Positions 61,717-64,000 of a stretch of 64,000 bases of DNA are shown here, in pieces. The notes under the pieces are model-generated. The model had not been told where the DNA came from. It made no database searches and worked only from the letters and a program-made list of their open reading frames with translations. This stretch comes from Octopus sinensis (lineage: Eukaryota). The DNA lies in the NCBI RefSeq assembly GCF_006345805.1, contig NC_043021.1:2108001-2172000 (forward strand). Reading direction: 5' to 3'. Every line of letters starts with the position of its first letter. The first letter of the stretch is position 1. The position numbers were made by a program, and so were the translations under genes.

Positions 61717-62999
61717 GACATAAGGGAAGGTTGGACAGGACCACCCGCGCCAACCTCATCAACAGTACAGTTCTACCTGCAATGTTATCTATATATATAT
61801 ACATGTATACGACGGGCTTCTTTCAGTTTCCGTCTACCATATCCACTCACAAGGCCTTGGTCGGCCCGAGGCTATAGTAGAAGACACTTGCCCAAGGTGC
61901 CATGCAGTGGGACTGAACCCGGAACCCTGTGGCTGGTAAGCAAGCTACCACACAGCCACTCCCTCCTAGGTTGGATCTGGTCAGATTTAACATAAAACAG
62001 GTAGAATATTTCGGCTAGATATGGCCGGATTAAACGTTGAAGGGTTAGTGTTGGATCAAGCGGTCAAACTGGGATTCCTTTGAAGGATCTCTAGAGAAAC
62101 GTTACTCGACAATATGTGTGTAGCTAAGAGATGAGCAAGTTTCTCCAGTTTGAGCCGCTATTTCTAAGCATCGAGAGATCAGTTGCAACTGGTGTCGCTA
62201 ACAATTCTTATTCAATTTCCCAGACAACGAGGCGCCACCAACACCAGGTCGAGTCACACGGACCTAGATCCATCGTTATTGTTCGTTCTGTTTACATTAC
62301 AACTAGTTATGGAATATTCGTGACAATAAACATGCTAATGCTCACAACCTATTACAAGTGTGTCCGATCCACGGATTTTGTTTCCTCATAACTTCCAGAA
62401 AAATTAACATTTTTAAACGAAATTTTTTGCCAATACATTTCTGATGGCGTAGATTATGATTACCTCAGATTTCAATTTGAAAAAAATTTTTTTTTAATTG
62501 GTGAGCGAACATACATACATACATACTGACACACAAGAATTATTTTTCAAAATTTCAATTATCATTGCGTTTATACATATAGGGGCATGTACGTAGGTGT
62601 GCGGGCGCGCATGTGTATGTATGGACACGCGCGCTTACGCTATTACTATGAATATTTTTACTCCCTTACCTTTACTCACTCCCCTTACTTAGCGGTCATT
62701 CTAATAGCTCTTTTGTCGTAATAATGGTCAATCACACAGTAATTTCCCTTTGTTTTAACGGTCATTTTCATAGCATTTTTTTTTTGATGGCCCGATAACT
62801 GAAGAGATGCCGGCGTGGCTTTCCTCCCCGACATATGAAACTCGGAGCTTTACCATGGCTACCGAATAATTGTCACGTATTATATTTACAGATAAATTCC
62901 TCTATTTACATAATATCGAGGTCTCTTTCATCTTTTTGTTGTCTTGTCATATATATGTGTGTGTGTGTGTGTGTGAGTATATATATATATATAATGACA

Positions 63000-63954
63000 G
63001 CCTTTTAGAAGGAAGGAAAACCTCCTCGTCGAAACAAAACTCTGGAAGAAAACGAAAACTTTCAGATAGGGACCGTCAGACTCTTACGCAAATTGTTAGA
63101 AAGGATCACAAAAGTACAGCTCCCAAAATTACTGTAGAGCTTAATGACCACCTCGGGAACCCAGTTTCCACAAAAACTGTTCGCCAGGAGCTGCATAAAA
63201 CCGGATTTCATGGGAGGGCTACAATCAGAAAACCACTACTTTCAAAAACAAATGTTGCAAAGCGTTTAAAGTGGAGTAAAATCCTACAGAATTGGTCTCT
63301 AGAGCAGTGGAAGAATGTTATTTTCTCAGAAGAGTTATCCTTTACCTCATTTCTGACCACCGGCCGAGTATATATGTGGAGACAGTCAAAAGAAGCTTTT
63401 TACCCAGACTGACTTATTCCAACTGTTAAACATGGAGGATCTGTGATGATCTGGGGATGGTGGTGGGGGGAGCTATATCTTGGAAATCCACCAACCCAAT
63501 GGTTTCCCTTCATGGCAGAATTAATAGTCAAGACTATTTAAGCATTTTATCTGATCAAATTCATCCTATTGTTGCAGAACTGTTTCCGGAGGGAAACGCA
63601 ATCTTTCAGGATGATAATGCACCAATTCACACAGCTAAAGTTGTTACTGAATGGCACGAGGAACATTCTAGCGAAGTTGAACATCTTATCTGGCCACCAC
63701 AGTCCCCAGATCTCAATATTATTGAACATTTATGTTCAATAATACAAGTAAGGAGTCGATATCCTCCACCATCATCACTACAAGAACTGGAGACTGTTTG
63801 AACTGAAAAATGGATTTTAAAAAAGTCCTTTGGAAACAATTCAAACTTTGTACGAGTAGAATTCAAGCTGTAATTACTGCCAGAGGTCCTACCCCATATT
63901 AAAATAAATTTGTTTGAAATTTTAAGGTGTTTCCATTATTTTGTCCAACCCCTG
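63000..63954 (+). mobile_element. Tc1-family transposase pseudogene with 3' terminal repeat
   Basis: SGRKRKLSDRDRQ...WKNVIFSEE...KHGG.SVMIWG...IFQDDNAPIH...WPPQSPDLNIIEHL; ends GGTGTTTCCATTATTTTGTCCAACCCCTG. Confidence 0.92.
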
Positions 63955-64000
63955 TCCGTTAATATTTACAGAATGCTATTTCAAACTAATATTGGTTGCA

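Noticed and set aside
62131-62391. 86-aa ORF as a gene divergent from AAAS
   Set aside because: No homology recognised and no supporting exon structure

Overview
Repeat-rich, intron-rich animal genomic DNA. The three dominant SINE families and the dense (AT)n, (AC)n, (AAT)n and (GATA)n tracts look like an Octopus-type cephalopod genome (inference). Three spliced genes were reconstructed by hand; the supplied ORF track misses most of their exons. (1) PSMD9, + strand, 6 exons, 843-8905; the assembly is one base short in exon 3. (2) Legumain (LGMN), - strand, 5 exons from 27048 to a 100-N gap at 19681-19780; the exons with the catalytic Cys were not found in the window. (3) AAAS/Aladin, - strand, 15 coding exons, 57592-36385, 509 aa, plus a probable non-coding first exon near 60100 and a ~965-bp tandem duplication carrying a broken copy of coding exon 4. 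The rest is SINEs, LINE relics (CR1/L2-like, RTE, Tx1/L1, R4/Dong), Tc1/mariner and hAT relics, a Ty3/Gypsy 5' end and minisatellites. The most striking unexplained structures are hammerhead-ribozyme motifs. One (41630-41670) has a compensatory U3-A8 core, tops a ~130-nt rod and lies in a 362-nt direct-repeat-bounded unit inside a Gypsy leader. Two more sit in a fold-back of a tRNA-headed element (33533-33937). Also notable: a mariner-type MITE filled with a 17-bp palindromic satellite, a CCA-ending tRNA-Gly retrocopy, and an M-box/CLEAR-like cluster upstream of legumain. All coordinates were counted by hand; repeat boundaries are approximate.
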